Assembly: GCA_964647155.1 (NCBI GenBank)
Contig: CAZYGV010000001.1
Location: forward strand, 1-33,145
Origin: an uncultured Thermoproteales archaeon
GTDB taxonomy: Archaea; Thermoproteota; Thermoprotei; Thermoproteales; B15-G16
Reading direction: 5' to 3'
DNA: 33,145 nucleotides
Position numbers and translations under genes: made by a program. Position 1 is the stretch's first letter. Every line of letters begins with the position of its first letter. Positions 17,204 to 26,774 of this stretch are shown piece by piece. The notes under the pieces were generated by a model. That model saw only the letters and a list, made by a program, of their open reading frames with translations. It did not search any database and was not told the origin of the DNA.

Positions 17204-18268
17204 CTACCTCACATACCTAATAATTCTCCTAAACCTAGCATAAAGACCATAGTCAATGTAGGTCTTGTCATTGACATAATCTCTAACAGTTGGTGCTAGG
17301 TTCTTCCTCTCCTCAATACCATCCTTCACAAGTAAGGAAATAGCATCTGAACCTGCACCTGATCCATATGAAACAACGAGAATCCTCTCACCAGGTTTAG
17401 CAATATCGAGTACAGCAGCTAGGCCAATGAGGCTTGACGCAGCGTAGGTATTACCTATTTCAGGAGCTAGTAGACTTGGAAGTACTTTCTCCTTTGGTAT
17501 ACCCAACATAGCTGCTGCCCTCAGTGGGAATACACCATTTGGCTGGTGGAAGACCACGTAGTTTATGTCGCTGGTTTTCAGCCCAAGTTGATTCATTAGC
17601 TCTCTTGCAGCATTGACCACATGTCTGAAGTACGCTGGATCACCAGTAAATGCTTCAGCATGTTTAGGGTATGGAGATAGTTCTCTACGCCAGAAATCAG
17701 GTGTATCGGTTACGTATGATATGGAACCCTCAATAGAGGCTACTGCTCTCGAGTCATCAGGTCCAAGTACGTAGGCTGCACCACCTGAAGCTGCCGAGAA
17801 CTCAAGGTGGTCACCAGGATTCGCCTGCGCTGTATCTGCGCCAATAGCTAATGCATACTCAACCATACCGCTTGCGACGAGTCCTGTACATATTTGAAAT
17901 GCTTCTGTACCCGCCTTACAAGCAAACTCAATATCTGCTGCTAATACGTGAGGAGTGGCACCTATAGCCTCAGCAACTATGGTAGCTGTTGGCTTAACAG
18001 CATATGGTTTAGACTCAGTACCGACATACACAGCACCTACCTTACTACCATCGATATTAGCTCTCTTAAGGGCATTCTTCGTAGCCTCAACAGCTATGGT
18101 AGCTACATCCTCATCGATACCAGCAACAGCTTTCTCCTTAAGCATCAAGCTCTTGACGTAGTAACTCACGTCATAACCCCAAACCCTAGCAATTTCCTCA
18201 ACCTTAATCCTGTACCTAGGAATGTACACACCCCAACCATGAATACCGACACCAACTCTTGTCCTCAT
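17204..18268 (-). CDS. Hydroxymethylglutaryl-CoA synthase (archaeal)
   Basis: [17 protein letters not shown] and FHQPNG motifs. Sits between the DUF35 and thiolase genes. Confidence 0.9.
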   Translation of the reverse strand: MRTRVGVGIHGWGVYIPRYRIKVEEIARVWGYDVSYYVKSLMLKEKAVAGIDEDVATIAVEATKNALKRANIDGSKVGAVYVGTESKPYAVKPTATIVAEAIGATPHVLAADIEFACKAGTEAFQICTGLVASGMVEYALAIGADTAQANPGDHLEFSAASGGAAYVLGPDDSRAVASIEGSISYVTDTPDFWRRELSPYPKHAEAFTGDPAYFRHVVNAARELMNQLGLKTSDINYVVFHQPNGVFPLRAAAMLGIPKEKVLPSLLAPEIGNTYAASSLIGLAAVLDIAKPGERILVVSYGSGAGSDAISLLVKDGIEERKNLAPTVRDYVNDKTYIDYGLYARFRRIIRYVR

Positions 18269-18273
18269 CTAAT

Positions 18274-18690
18274 TCACCTCTTTGGTCTAAACTTGAGAGC
18301 ATACATCACAATACCGAAATCACCATCTTCTCTAACACGACGAAAAGTAGCTACAACTTCAGTACCGGGTTTCAGCTCAGTAACATCACAGTCCACTACT
18401 TGAGCAAGTACCCTAGTACCATCCCTCAACCTAATGATACCAACTATGTAGGGTGTGTAGTAGTCGAAACCACTAGGTGATGTCCTGATGATAGTGAACT
18501 CCTCTAGGATGCCTTCAGTGGGTAACTTAACCAGCTCTAGATCACGTGAGTTACATATAGGGCAACATCTCCTTGGTGGAAACCAAGTTCTTCCACATCC
18601 TCTACACTTGGAACCCACTAGTCTATAGTAGCTGGGTATGTTTCTCCAGTACCTTGGTACGGATACCACTATGTACAACCCTCCTTGCAA
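18274..18690 (-). CDS. DUF35 Zn-ribbon/OB-fold protein (scaffold of the thiolase/HMGCS complex)
   Basis: KCRGCGRTWFPPRRCCPICNS zinc ribbon plus an OB-fold tail. The track start is TTG. GTG at 18669, preceded by GGAGGG, is more likely (MVSVPRYW...). Confidence 0.9.
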   Translation of the reverse strand: MQGGLYIVVSVPRYWRNIPSYYRLVGSKCRGCGRTWFPPRRCCPICNSRDLELVKLPTEGILEEFTIIRTSPSGFDYYTPYIVGIIRLRDGTRVLAQVVDCDVTELKPGTEVVATFRRVREDGDFGIVMYALKFRPKR

Positions 18691-18716
18691 TTGTCGAGTC
18701 TGACTTCGACAGTGAC

Positions 18717-18728
18717 TTTTATATATAA
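18717..18728. promoter_or_regulatory. AT-palindromic TATA-like element in the divergent mevalonate promoter region
   Basis: TTTTATATATAA lies between the DUF35 operon start and the hmgA start, at about 30-50 nt from each. Confidence 0.4.
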
Positions 18729-18758
18729 GTTAGGTCAAGTCATGTACAAAGATCTTAG

Positions 18759-20015
18759 GTGTTACTGATGGAGCGACGTGATATAGTTGATGAGTTTGTT
18801 CAGGAGATAATCGATGGTAAGGTTAAGCTTCATGAGATTGAGAAGATTGTTAATGGTGATTCAAATCTAGCTACTGTCATTAGGAGGAGATTTCTTGAGA
18901 AGGTACTTGGTGTAGAGCTCAAGAACATTGGTACGTACAGTATTGATTTCAATGAAGTTGTTGGTCGTAATTGTGAGAATACCATTGGAGTTACTCAGGT
19001 ACCACTAGGTATTGTAGGTCCTCTACGAGTTCTCGGCGATTATGCAAGAGGTGACTTCTACGTACCTCTTGCCACAACAGAAGGAGCATTAGTTGCATCA
19101 GTAAATAGGGGTTGTAAGGCTATTACCCTCTCTGGTGGTGCTAGGGTCAAGGTATTGAGAGACTCAATGGCAAGAGCACCTGTCTTCGAGCTACCTAGTG
19201 TTGAGGATGTACCTAAGTTCATTGAGTGGGTTAGATCTCACTTCAATGAGCTTAAGAAGGTAGCTGAGTCAACTACTAGGTACGGTAAGTTGATTGAGAT
19301 TACACCATTTGCTGCCGGTAAATTCGTGTGGTTGAGGTTTAGCTTCACAACTGGTGATGCTATGGGTATGAACATGGTCACCATAGCTACTGATAGAGCT
19401 GTTAAGTACATTGAGGAGGAATTTCCAGGAGCTAGATGCATATCGTTGTCAGGTAATATGTGTGTTGATAAGAAGCCTACAGCACTCAACGTAATTCTTG
19501 GTCGTGGGAAGACTGTAACAGCTGAAGCCACTATTAGGAGAGATGTTGTGGAGAAAGTTCTGAAGACTAGTCCTGAAGCTATAGCTAAGGTAAATACTGT
19601 CAAGAACCTACTAGGTAGTGCCTATGCTGGTTCTCTAAGTTTTAATGCCCACTTCGCAAATATAATCGCAGCGATATTCATAGCCACGGGACAGGACGTT
19701 GCTCAGATTGTTGAGAGTTCCCTAGGATTTACCTACGTTGAGGTAATGGATGGTGATCTCTACATCTCCGTCACATTACCATCTCTCGAGGTTGGTACTG
19801 TTGGTGGGGGGACAAGATTACCTACACAAATGGAAGCACTCAAGATACTTGGTTGTCAAGGATCTGGGAATCCACCAGGTACAAATGCACTGAAATTCGC
19901 TGAGATAGTTTGCGCTACTGTACTTGCAGGTGAGTTGAGTTTACTAGCTGCTCTAGCTGCTGGTCATCTAGCTGAAGCACATGTGAAGCTAGGTAGGGGT
20001 GGAGTACGTGGCTGA
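18759..20015 (+). CDS. hmgA: HMG-CoA reductase (class I)
   Basis: [25 protein letters not shown] and GTVGGGT motifs. ATG at 18768, preceded by AGGTG, is the likely start. Confidence 0.92.
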   Translation: MLLMERRDIVDEFVQEIIDGKVKLHEIEKIVNGDSNLATVIRRRFLEKVLGVELKNIGTYSIDFNEVVGRNCENTIGVTQVPLGIVGPLRVLGDYARGDFYVPLATTEGALVASVNRGCKAITLSGGARVKVLRDSMARAPVFELPSVEDVPKFIEWVRSHFNELKKVAESTTRYGKLIEITPFAAGKFVWLRFSFTTGDAMGMNMVTIATDRAVKYIEEEFPGARCISLSGNMCVDKKPTALNVILGRGKTVTAEATIRRDVVEKVLKTSPEAIAKVNTVKNLLGSAYAGSLSFNAHFANIIAAIFIATGQDVAQIVESSLGFTYVEVMDGDLYISVTLPSLEVGTVGGGTRLPTQMEALKILGCQGSGNPPGTNALKFAEIVCATVLAGELSLLAALAAGHLAEAHVKLGRGGVRG

Positions 20016-20838
20016 TGTGGAGCTACTTGGTACTGGTGAGTACAGAGTAGTTAGTAGTGATGAAGCTATGTACCGTTACCTCAGCTACCTAGTGAATGCT
20101 GTTGTCGGTAACCCACTTGAAGTCCCTGTCATTGAAGTGCTTGGTAGTTCTCTCAGGATCAAATTCAGTAAGTCGACCATTGTCTGCATTGGTTGCTGTA
20201 CCGAAGTACGTACGTTACTTGCAGGTAGAGAAGTACCTAAGTGGAGAGCAATACCTGTATTACCTAATCAAGAACTTGAGATCAATTGCCTAAGTACCTA
20301 CATCGCTTACATAGGTATTAGAGGTCTATCAGTTAGTGAAGACAGAATTATAGTGACGTCAGAGGCATGTGATCCTGACGAGCGTGAGCTATTAGCTAGG
20401 TATGTACCGAGTAAGTACGTTAGTGTGGGTACTGAGGTACCTGTACTACTTTTCAGTGGTGTAGACTATACAGACGATGTCACTATTGAGCATAAATTCG
20501 AGGGTAGACCTATCATAGTGATGAGATCTAAGCAACGTAACGTGAAGTACCTACTAGATCCAGTGAACTGTCAGCTAATTCTCGACAATTCAGTTGTTGG
20601 CGTTATTCCTGAAATCTACGTAAATCTACTAGCTACAGCACCTAGAGGGTCATCCCTTAAACTAGTCTTCAGCACCGAAGTTCCTGAACTTCCAACGCCT
20701 AGAGAATTGGCTCATCAGGTAAAGAAGGTTATTGAATCCTCTACTGAAGCTGCTAGACGTGGTGCTGAGTTAATTCGTGTTCGTATCAATGGTATTGAGT
20801 ACGATGTTTGGATTGAGGATTTAGGTGCTGTGTGGTGA
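19999..20838 (+). CDS. Hypothetical protein, distantly KipA/PxpC-like (carboxyltransferase-associated cyclophilin-like domain)
   Basis: Host-like codon usage. [24 protein letters not shown]...[20 protein letters not shown]...AYIGIRG follows the KipA/PxpC motif order from memory. The C-terminal [19 protein letters not shown] echoes the BCCP N-terminus. The start is uncertain (GTG). Confidence 0.5.
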   Translation: MEYVADVELLGTGEYRVVSSDEAMYRYLSYLVNAVVGNPLEVPVIEVLGSSLRIKFSKSTIVCIGCCTEVRTLLAGREVPKWRAIPVLPNQELEINCLSTYIAYIGIRGLSVSEDRIIVTSEACDPDERELLARYVPSKYVSVGTEVPVLLFSGVDYTDDVTIEHKFEGRPIIVMRSKQRNVKYLLDPVNCQLILDNSVVGVIPEIYVNLLATAPRGSSLKLVFSTEVPELPTPRELAHQVKKVIESSTEAARRGAELIRVRINGIEYDVWIEDLGAVW

Positions 20839-22396
20839 TTTCATGAGTATTCAGGAGAAGTTGAGTGAACTTCGTAGATTGAAGGAATTGGCTAAGCTTG
20901 GTGGAGGTCCTGAAGCTATTAGGAAACAGCATGAGAAGGGTAAGTTAACAGCTCGTGAGAGATTGGAGTTACTTCTCGATGAAGGTAGCTTCATTGAGCT
21001 AGATATGTTCATTCAGCATAGGTGTACTGAGTTCGGTATGGAAAGTAGGAGGGCTCTAGGTGATGGTGTTGTTGCTGGTCTAGGTACTATTGATGGTAGA
21101 CCAGTTGCTGTGTATGCTCAGGACTTCACCTTCATGGGTGGTAGCGTTGGTGAGATGCATGCGAAGAAGATAGCTATGCTAATTGACTTAGCGCTTAAGC
21201 TGGGTATTCCTGTCATTGGATTAAATGACTCAGGCGGTGCTAGAATTCAGGAAGGTGTTGACTCTCTTGCAGGTTATGGTGAGATCTTCTACAGAAATGT
21301 CATGGCGTCTGGCGTTATTCCTCAGATAGTAGCCATACTTGGTCCTTGTGCTGGAGGTGCTGTTTACTCACCTGCTCTCTCGGACTTCATATTTATTGTC
21401 AAGAAGATTGCGTTCATGTACATTACAGGTCCTAGAGTAGTTAAGGCAGCAACTGGTGAGGAGGTTACTCATGAGGAGCTAGGTGGTGCTGATGTACACG
21501 CAACGCGATCTGGTGTTGTACACTTTGTCTACAATAGTGAGGAGGAGTGTATTGAGGGTATTCGGAAACTACTATCATATCTACCACTCAACAACATGGA
21601 TGAGCCACCTTACGTAGATACTGGAGATGATCCTGAGAGAAGGGATTACGAGCTAGATAACGTGGTACCAGCAGATCCGTACGAGATTTACGACATGTAC
21701 GAAGTGATCGAGAGAGTTGTCGATAGAGGGACGTTCTTCGAAGTACAGAAGCACTTCGCACCGAATGCTATAGTCGGTTTCGCTAGATTGGGTGGTTACG
21801 TTGTTGGCGTGGTAGCTAACCAACCTAAGTACCTAGGTGGTTGCCTAGATATCGACTCAGCTGATAAGATAGCTAGATTTGTGCTCTTCTGTGATGCATT
21901 TAACATACCGATAATAACATTTGTTGATGTTCCAGGTTTCTTACCAGGAACAGATCAGGAGCATAGAGGTGTCATTAGACACGGTGCTAAGGTGGTGTAT
22001 GCCTACTCAGTAGCCACTGTACCCAAGATAACGGTCATAGTTAGGAAAGCTTATGGTGGAGGATACATAGCGATGGGTTCAAAGCACCTAGGTGCAGATG
22101 TGGTCCTTGCATGGCCAACAGCAGAGATAGCCGTTATGGGACCTGAAGGAGCTATCGAGATCATCTACAGAAAGGAACTAGCAAAAGCAAATAATCCTCA
22201 AGAACTTGTCAAGAAGTTTGTACAAGAGTATAGGAGAAGGTACGCAAATCCATACATAGCAGCTTCTCGAGGCTACATAGATGATGTGATAGAGCCATCA
22301 GAGACGAGACCTCTATTGATTAAACTTCTTCGTCTACTCAAGAGGAAGAGAAGCATCAGGAGGTTACCGAAGAAGCATGAGGTTCCACCTCTCTAG
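20825..22396 (+). CDS. pccB: Acyl-CoA carboxylase carboxyltransferase (beta) subunit
   Basis: Full-length propionyl-CoA carboxylase beta / methylmalonyl-CoA decarboxylase alpha-like sequence (AQDFTFMGGS, NDSGGARIQEG, VPGFLPG). ATG at 20843 after GGTGAT is the likely start. Confidence 0.92.
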   Translation: MLCGDFMSIQEKLSELRRLKELAKLGGGPEAIRKQHEKGKLTARERLELLLDEGSFIELDMFIQHRCTEFGMESRRALGDGVVAGLGTIDGRPVAVYAQDFTFMGGSVGEMHAKKIAMLIDLALKLGIPVIGLNDSGGARIQEGVDSLAGYGEIFYRNVMASGVIPQIVAILGPCAGGAVYSPALSDFIFIVKKIAFMYITGPRVVKAATGEEVTHEELGGADVHATRSGVVHFVYNSEEECIEGIRKLLSYLPLNNMDEPPYVDTGDDPERRDYELDNVVPADPYEIYDMYEVIERVVDRGTFFEVQKHFAPNAIVGFARLGGYVVGVVANQPKYLGGCLDIDSADKIARFVLFCDAFNIPIITFVDVPGFLPGTDQEHRGVIRHGAKVVYAYSVATVPKITVIVRKAYGGGYIAMGSKHLGADVVLAWPTAEIAVMGPEGAIEIIYRKELAKANNPQELVKKFVQEYRRRYANPYIAASRGYIDDVIEPSETRPLLIKLLRLLKRKRSIRRLPKKHEVPPL

Positions 22397-22592
22397 GGAT
22401 TACTGTGATGATGGATTAATTGTTGCACTCGCTTCAGCAATAGCACTCTACATAGTACAGAGATCTAGAGCACCGAGAGTCAAGAAATCGAAATCACATA
22501 GCACACACCACTACATGGATATTGAGGAAGTAGTTACTAACCACGATAGTTGGCCCATCCTTGGTAGATTACTCGAACTGTGTAGTGTATGA
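22377..22592 (+). CDS. Small ORF between the carboxyltransferase and BCCP genes (possible accessory subunit, or non-coding spacer)
   Basis: 71 codons. The ATG overlaps the pccB end by 20 nt and the stop overlaps the accB ATG (ATGA). One hydrophobic stretch, GLIVALASAIALYIV. The codon style is not host-typical, which weakens the call. Confidence 0.3.
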   Translation: MRFHLSRDYCDDGLIVALASAIALYIVQRSRAPRVKKSKSHSTHHYMDIEEVVTNHDSWPILGRLLELCSV

Positions 22593-22945
22593 AGAGGAGG
22601 TTTAGAGTGGTTATCGATGGTAGAGTATTTGAAGTTGAGGTTGAGGATAACGTACTCAACAATGTACGTGAACTACTAAGAGCTATTCTTCAACAGCGTA
22701 GATCCGGAATTACTAGAGCTGAGGTTGGTGTTGTTACCTCTCCAATACCTGCTAGAGTTGTCGAGGTTAGAGTAGCTGAGGGTTGTGAAGTTAAGGTTGG
22801 TGATGTAGTTACCATTCTTGAGTCTATGAAGTCGATAATCGAGGTCAAAGCACCTACATCAGGAATAGTGACTAAGGTCTTCGTTAAACCTGGTCAAGTA
22901 GTTAAGAGAGGTGATCCACTGATCAAGATTGAGGTGAGGAGGTAG
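22589..22945 (+). CDS. accB: Biotin carboxyl carrier protein
   Basis: Biotinyl-domain sequence with the lysine in ILESMKSIIEVKAP. N-terminal RFRVVIDGRVFEVEVED. An alternative start is GTG at 22606 after GAGGAGG. Confidence 0.85.
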   Translation: MKRRFRVVIDGRVFEVEVEDNVLNNVRELLRAILQQRRSGITRAEVGVVTSPIPARVVEVRVAEGCEVKVGDVVTILESMKSIIEVKAPTSGIVTKVFVKPGQVVKRGDPLIKIEVRR

Positions 22946-22948
22946 TTC

Positions 22949-24427
22949 ATGGAGATAAGGAAGATGCTAATAGCTAATAGAGGCGAGATAGCAGTTAGAG
23001 TAATTAGGACCTGTAGAGAGCTAGGTATACGGACCATTGCTGTGTACTCAGATGTTGATAGATATTCACTCCACGTTAAGTTAGCCGATGAAGCGCACTA
23101 CATAGGGCCTCCAGAACCGAGTAAGAGCTACCTAAACATAGATGCCATAGTTAAGCTAGCGAAGAAACTAGGTGTTGACGCTATACATCCCGGTTATGGT
23201 TTCCTAGCTGAGAACCCGGAATTCGCTAGGAGATGTATTGAGGAAGGTATAGTATTCATAGGGCCTCCACCTAGAATCCACGAGTATCTTGGAGACAAGC
23301 TACGTGCTAGAAAGTTAGCTACTAAAGTTGGTGTACCAGTACCTCCTGGTTCCTTTAAACCATTGACTTCCGATGAAGCAGTTGAGATAGCAGAAAAGAT
23401 TGGTTATCCAGTTATTGTGAAACCTGCAGGTGGTGGAGGAGGCATTGGTATGCAGGTAGCTAGGGATGAGAAAGAGCTGAAGAGAGCTGTGACTTATGCT
23501 AGTGAACTATCTAGGAAGTACTTTGGTCGAGAGGAAGTCTACATAGAGAAGTACTTCACCAATGCCAAGCACATTGAGGTTCAGATAGCAGGTGATGGTA
23601 GGGGGAATGTCATTCACTACTTTGAACGTGAATGCTCTGTACAGAGGAGGTATCAGAAAGTAATTGAGGAAACACCATCACCAAATCTAACCGAGGATAG
23701 GAGACAACGACTATTCAGCTATGCGATTAAGATAGCTAGAGCACTCAACTATGAGAATTTAGGAACTGTAGAGTTCGTATATGATCTCGATAGTGATGAA
23801 TTCTACTTCTTAGAAGTAAATACGAGAATACAGGTCGAACATCCTATAACTGAAGAGGTAACAGGTATTGATCTCGTTAAGGATCAGATATACATAGCGT
23901 GGTATAGAGAGCTACCACATTCACAAAATGAGATTTCTAGGAGAGGACATGCAATAGAGTTTAGGATCTATGGAGAAGATCCACTAACTCACATACCACA
24001 AACAGGGAGAGTGGAGTACCTCGAACTACCTGGAGGACCCGGAGTGAGAATAGACTTAGGAGTTACTGTAGGTCAACAGATTACACAGTACTACGATACT
24101 CTACTCATGAAGCTCATCATATGGGGTAGGACCAGAGATGAAGCAATAGCTAGAGGAGCTAGAGCGCTAAAGGAGTTAAAGATCTTGGGAATCAAGACCA
24201 ATATACCACTTCACAGAGCTGTACTCAAGACTAGGGACTTCATAGAGGGTAAGTACACAACAACGCTACTTTCAAGAAAGGATGTTAAGGAATTGATCGT
24301 GAACGAAATTGAGCTATGGAACAACGAGCTCAAGACCAAGATACCCATGTACAAATCCAGAAGTACACAGATCGCAATTACCGATAGATGGGTACTCACG
24401 AAGTACCTAGTAGAGCTACTCACGTGA
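22949..24427 (+). CDS. accC: Biotin carboxylase (ATP-grasp)
   Basis: KMLIANRGEIAVRVIRTCRELGI, GYPVIVKPAGGGGGIGM, EVNTRIQVEHPITE. Confidence 0.95.
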   Translation: MEIRKMLIANRGEIAVRVIRTCRELGIRTIAVYSDVDRYSLHVKLADEAHYIGPPEPSKSYLNIDAIVKLAKKLGVDAIHPGYGFLAENPEFARRCIEEGIVFIGPPPRIHEYLGDKLRARKLATKVGVPVPPGSFKPLTSDEAVEIAEKIGYPVIVKPAGGGGGIGMQVARDEKELKRAVTYASELSRKYFGREEVYIEKYFTNAKHIEVQIAGDGRGNVIHYFERECSVQRRYQKVIEETPSPNLTEDRRQRLFSYAIKIARALNYENLGTVEFVYDLDSDEFYFLEVNTRIQVEHPITEEVTGIDLVKDQIYIAWYRELPHSQNEISRRGHAIEFRIYGEDPLTHIPQTGRVEYLELPGGPGVRIDLGVTVGQQITQYYDTLLMKLIIWGRTRDEAIARGARALKELKILGIKTNIPLHRAVLKTRDFIEGKYTTTLLSRKDVKELIVNEIELWNNELKTKIPMYKSRSTQIAITDRWVLTKYLVELLT

Positions 24428-24461
24428 TCAGTCCTAGAGATACGCAGTAACTTACCTAAAC

Positions 24462-25094
24462 TTACCTAGTCACCTCAAACAAGATACCTATCAAGGGATC
24501 ATCCCTATACTTCTTGACAACACCTCTAGGTGTCTCAATCTCTGCATCAGCACAAGTCATTAGGTGAATTGTTACGTAGCGACTATCCCTAAATGACCAA
24601 GTAACTCTGTACTTAACCTCTAACCTCCTATACACAACTTCAACGTCTACGGTACTAGCTCTCAACCACTCAGTAGTCCCTCGAATAGAATCAACGTAAC
24701 GTGGTGGATAGTAGGTCCAGGGAACCTCAACAAGGAGTTCATGTAGCTTAGCTAAGGCATCACAAAGCTCCTCAATATCCTCGTAACTACTTGAGAGCAA
24801 GACCTTCAAACCAATAGCTAAGCAAGTCCTATCCTCAGCAAGCTTTGAAGTACCAAAAACCTCAGCAAATATCCTAGCAGCACTGTAATTAAGCTCCCAT
24901 GAAGTGAAGTCAAGTAAAGTACCTTCACCGTACTCAAGTGAGTAAGTACACGACATAGCATCACAAAACAGCTTCTTACTACTACTCAACCACTTGAAGA
25001 ACTCACGAAGAACCTTACTAGCAGATCGATACTTAGCACAGTACTTCCTGAACATACCTTCAACGTACTCAGCAACATTCCTCAAAGACATCAA
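24462..25094 (-). CDS. Hypothetical protein
   Basis: 210-aa ORF with host-like codon usage. CTTTATATTG lies about 30 nt upstream of the ATG. No motif recognised. Confidence 0.55.
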   Translation of the reverse strand: MMSLRNVAEYVEGMFRKYCAKYRSASKVLREFFKWLSSSKKLFCDAMSCTYSLEYGEGTLLDFTSWELNYSAARIFAEVFGTSKLAEDRTCLAIGLKVLLSSSYEDIEELCDALAKLHELLVEVPWTYYPPRYVDSIRGTTEWLRASTVDVEVVYRRLEVKYRVTWSFRDSRYVTIHLMTCADAEIETPRGVVKKYRDDPLIGILFEVTR

Positions 25095-25146
25095 TTGTCA
25101 ATGTACAGGACACAATATAAAGCATGCTCAGAATACAGGAAATGAG

Positions 25147-25617
25147 CTAGCCACGTACAGCGAGTGATCTCTCAACTAACTTCCTAAGCTGATGTATTAA
25201 CTCATCAACTGAGCAATACACGTACCTATACCTATCCTCTCTCACGTAATGAGGGTAGAACACAGCCTTTCTACAACCTTCATAAAACACAACAACTAGT
25301 ATCCCATAGGGTACGTAAGGTTTACCAAACTCATCAACATAAGCAACTCTCTCAGCGCTAAATCCTCGAGGCTTAGAGGAAACTCTACACTTCCTAGATA
25401 TGTACTTAAGTGCTGATATCACTTCCCTAATCTCCTCAATATACCTCTCATCAGCTACATCATACAGCTTCACAGAAATACCGAACTCACTAAGCGACTT
25501 GAGAAAATCAATGTAATGCCTTATACTTGGGTAAGAGCTATGTCGTGAGTCATAGACCACAATTATCCTATCTATATCCTTAAGGTCAAACCTAAACAGC
25601 CACCTATACCTAGGCAT
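25147..25617 (-). CDS. Hypothetical protein
   Basis: 156-aa ORF with host-like codon usage. No motif recognised. Confidence 0.55.
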   Translation of the reverse strand: MPRYRWLFRFDLKDIDRIIVVYDSRHSSYPSIRHYIDFLKSLSEFGISVKLYDVADERYIEEIREVISALKYISRKCRVSSKPRGFSAERVAYVDEFGKPYVPYGILVVVFYEGCRKAVFYPHYVREDRYRYVYCSVDELIHQLRKLVERSLAVRG

Positions 25618-25794
25618 TCCACGTCATGTAGCTCAGCTAGCTATAATTAAAGTACATTGACGATACCTGTGATGAAACAACATACAAGATACGTACTAAA
25701 ACCAAGTACCTCATTAATGTGATACGTAGAGCGAACTAGTATTAGAGGTACGTACAAGAAAGTAAGTAGAAAATTAGGGAGAAAACCTATACAC

Positions 25795-26532
25795 TTAACT
25801 TCGCTTAGCGTACTTACTTATCAACTTAGCAAATGGAGGTAGAATTCTCGTCTGTAGGTACACAGTAGCTGGACCTCTAACCTCAACTACAATACCTTCA
25901 CCACCAAAGAGAGTACTCTTCCAACCACCAAACTTCCTAATACTCCAAGCTACATTAGCTGGCATAGCTACGAAGTGGAAATTATCAATGATTATTTGCT
26001 CACCTGGAGCTACTTCAACCTTCTGAAGACCACCATATGCATTGACCCAGACACCACCGTAGCCACCGACCTTAAGCCACACAAGTTCACCCTCAGCTAA
26101 GACCCCTCTTAACCCTCTCCAAGCAACACCTAGCTCAACATTACCGTAGTGAGCAAGGTACGAAGTATCTTGAATAATCCACTCATCACCATTCAACTCA
26201 ATAAACTCTATATCACCGGGAACACTAGGAGCAAACCAAAGTTCACTAGGTGACCTAGCAACATACGTATTGAGAAACACTGTCTCACCAGCAGCAAGAG
26301 CACGTAGTAGACCACGGAGAAAACCACCACCAGTATGTGTCTTAATCTCGACATCACCTCTGATCAGCACCATAGCACCAGCTTCAGCAGTAACACTCTC
26401 ACTAGGCTCAAGACGTACCTTAAGGAGCGAGTACGCAGGCTTACACTCAACACACCATTTCAAATACGCCACCCAACAACAGAGTAAGGAGCAGAAGTAA
26501 ATAAGTTTTAAGTATGCACATTGACACGGCAC
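25795..26532 (-). CDS. AIM24 / TIGR00266 (DUF124) family protein
   Basis: YSLLKVRLEPSESVTAEAGAMVLIRGDVEIKT...GETVFLNTY matches the family's N-terminal pattern. The Cys-rich 23-aa N-terminal extension in the track is probably spurious. TTG at 26463 is the likely start. Confidence 0.8.
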   Translation of the reverse strand: MPCQCAYLKLIYFCSLLCCWVAYLKWCVECKPAYSLLKVRLEPSESVTAEAGAMVLIRGDVEIKTHTGGGFLRGLLRALAAGETVFLNTYVARSPSELWFAPSVPGDIEFIELNGDEWIIQDTSYLAHYGNVELGVAWRGLRGVLAEGELVWLKVGGYGGVWVNAYGGLQKVEVAPGEQIIIDNFHFVAMPANVAWSIRKFGGWKSTLFGGEGIVVEVRGPATVYLQTRILPPFAKLISKYAKRS

Positions 26533-26774
26533 TTACCTATAGAACAACTACTTACCAAGTTCTTGACTACACCAACGAACAATACATCCAATTAAGACTC
26601 CTTCTTCAATGTCAAACGTTATGTAGATTCGCAGGATTTACCAAGCAGAGCTAAGGGTCTTAGATCGAGTAGGTTAGATCAGAGGAACACTGCAAGTGAA
26701 CAACCAGATTAAGAACCTGGTACTCAACCTTAAAATATCGCAACACCGTAAATACGCAATGGTAGTGAAGAATC

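Noticed and set aside
25628-25641. tRNA-like D-arm string GTAGCTCAGCTAGC
   Set aside because: The flanks are AT-rich and have no acceptor, anticodon or T-arm complementarity. In a thermophilic archaeon a tRNA would appear as a GC-rich block, and none is visible anywhere in the window.
25669-25730. Another GTGATGA box C candidate in the 25618-25794 spacer
   Set aside because: No CTGA at either 12-nt spacing. The only box-like partner is GTGATAC, so the C/D architecture is not met.
24428-26774. Replication origin at the point where plus-strand composition stops following gene orientation
   Set aside because: I could not find clustered ORB-like repeats, a long AT-rich unwinding element or an adjacent cdc6/orc1 gene. 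The composition change is better described at the level of gene codon style.
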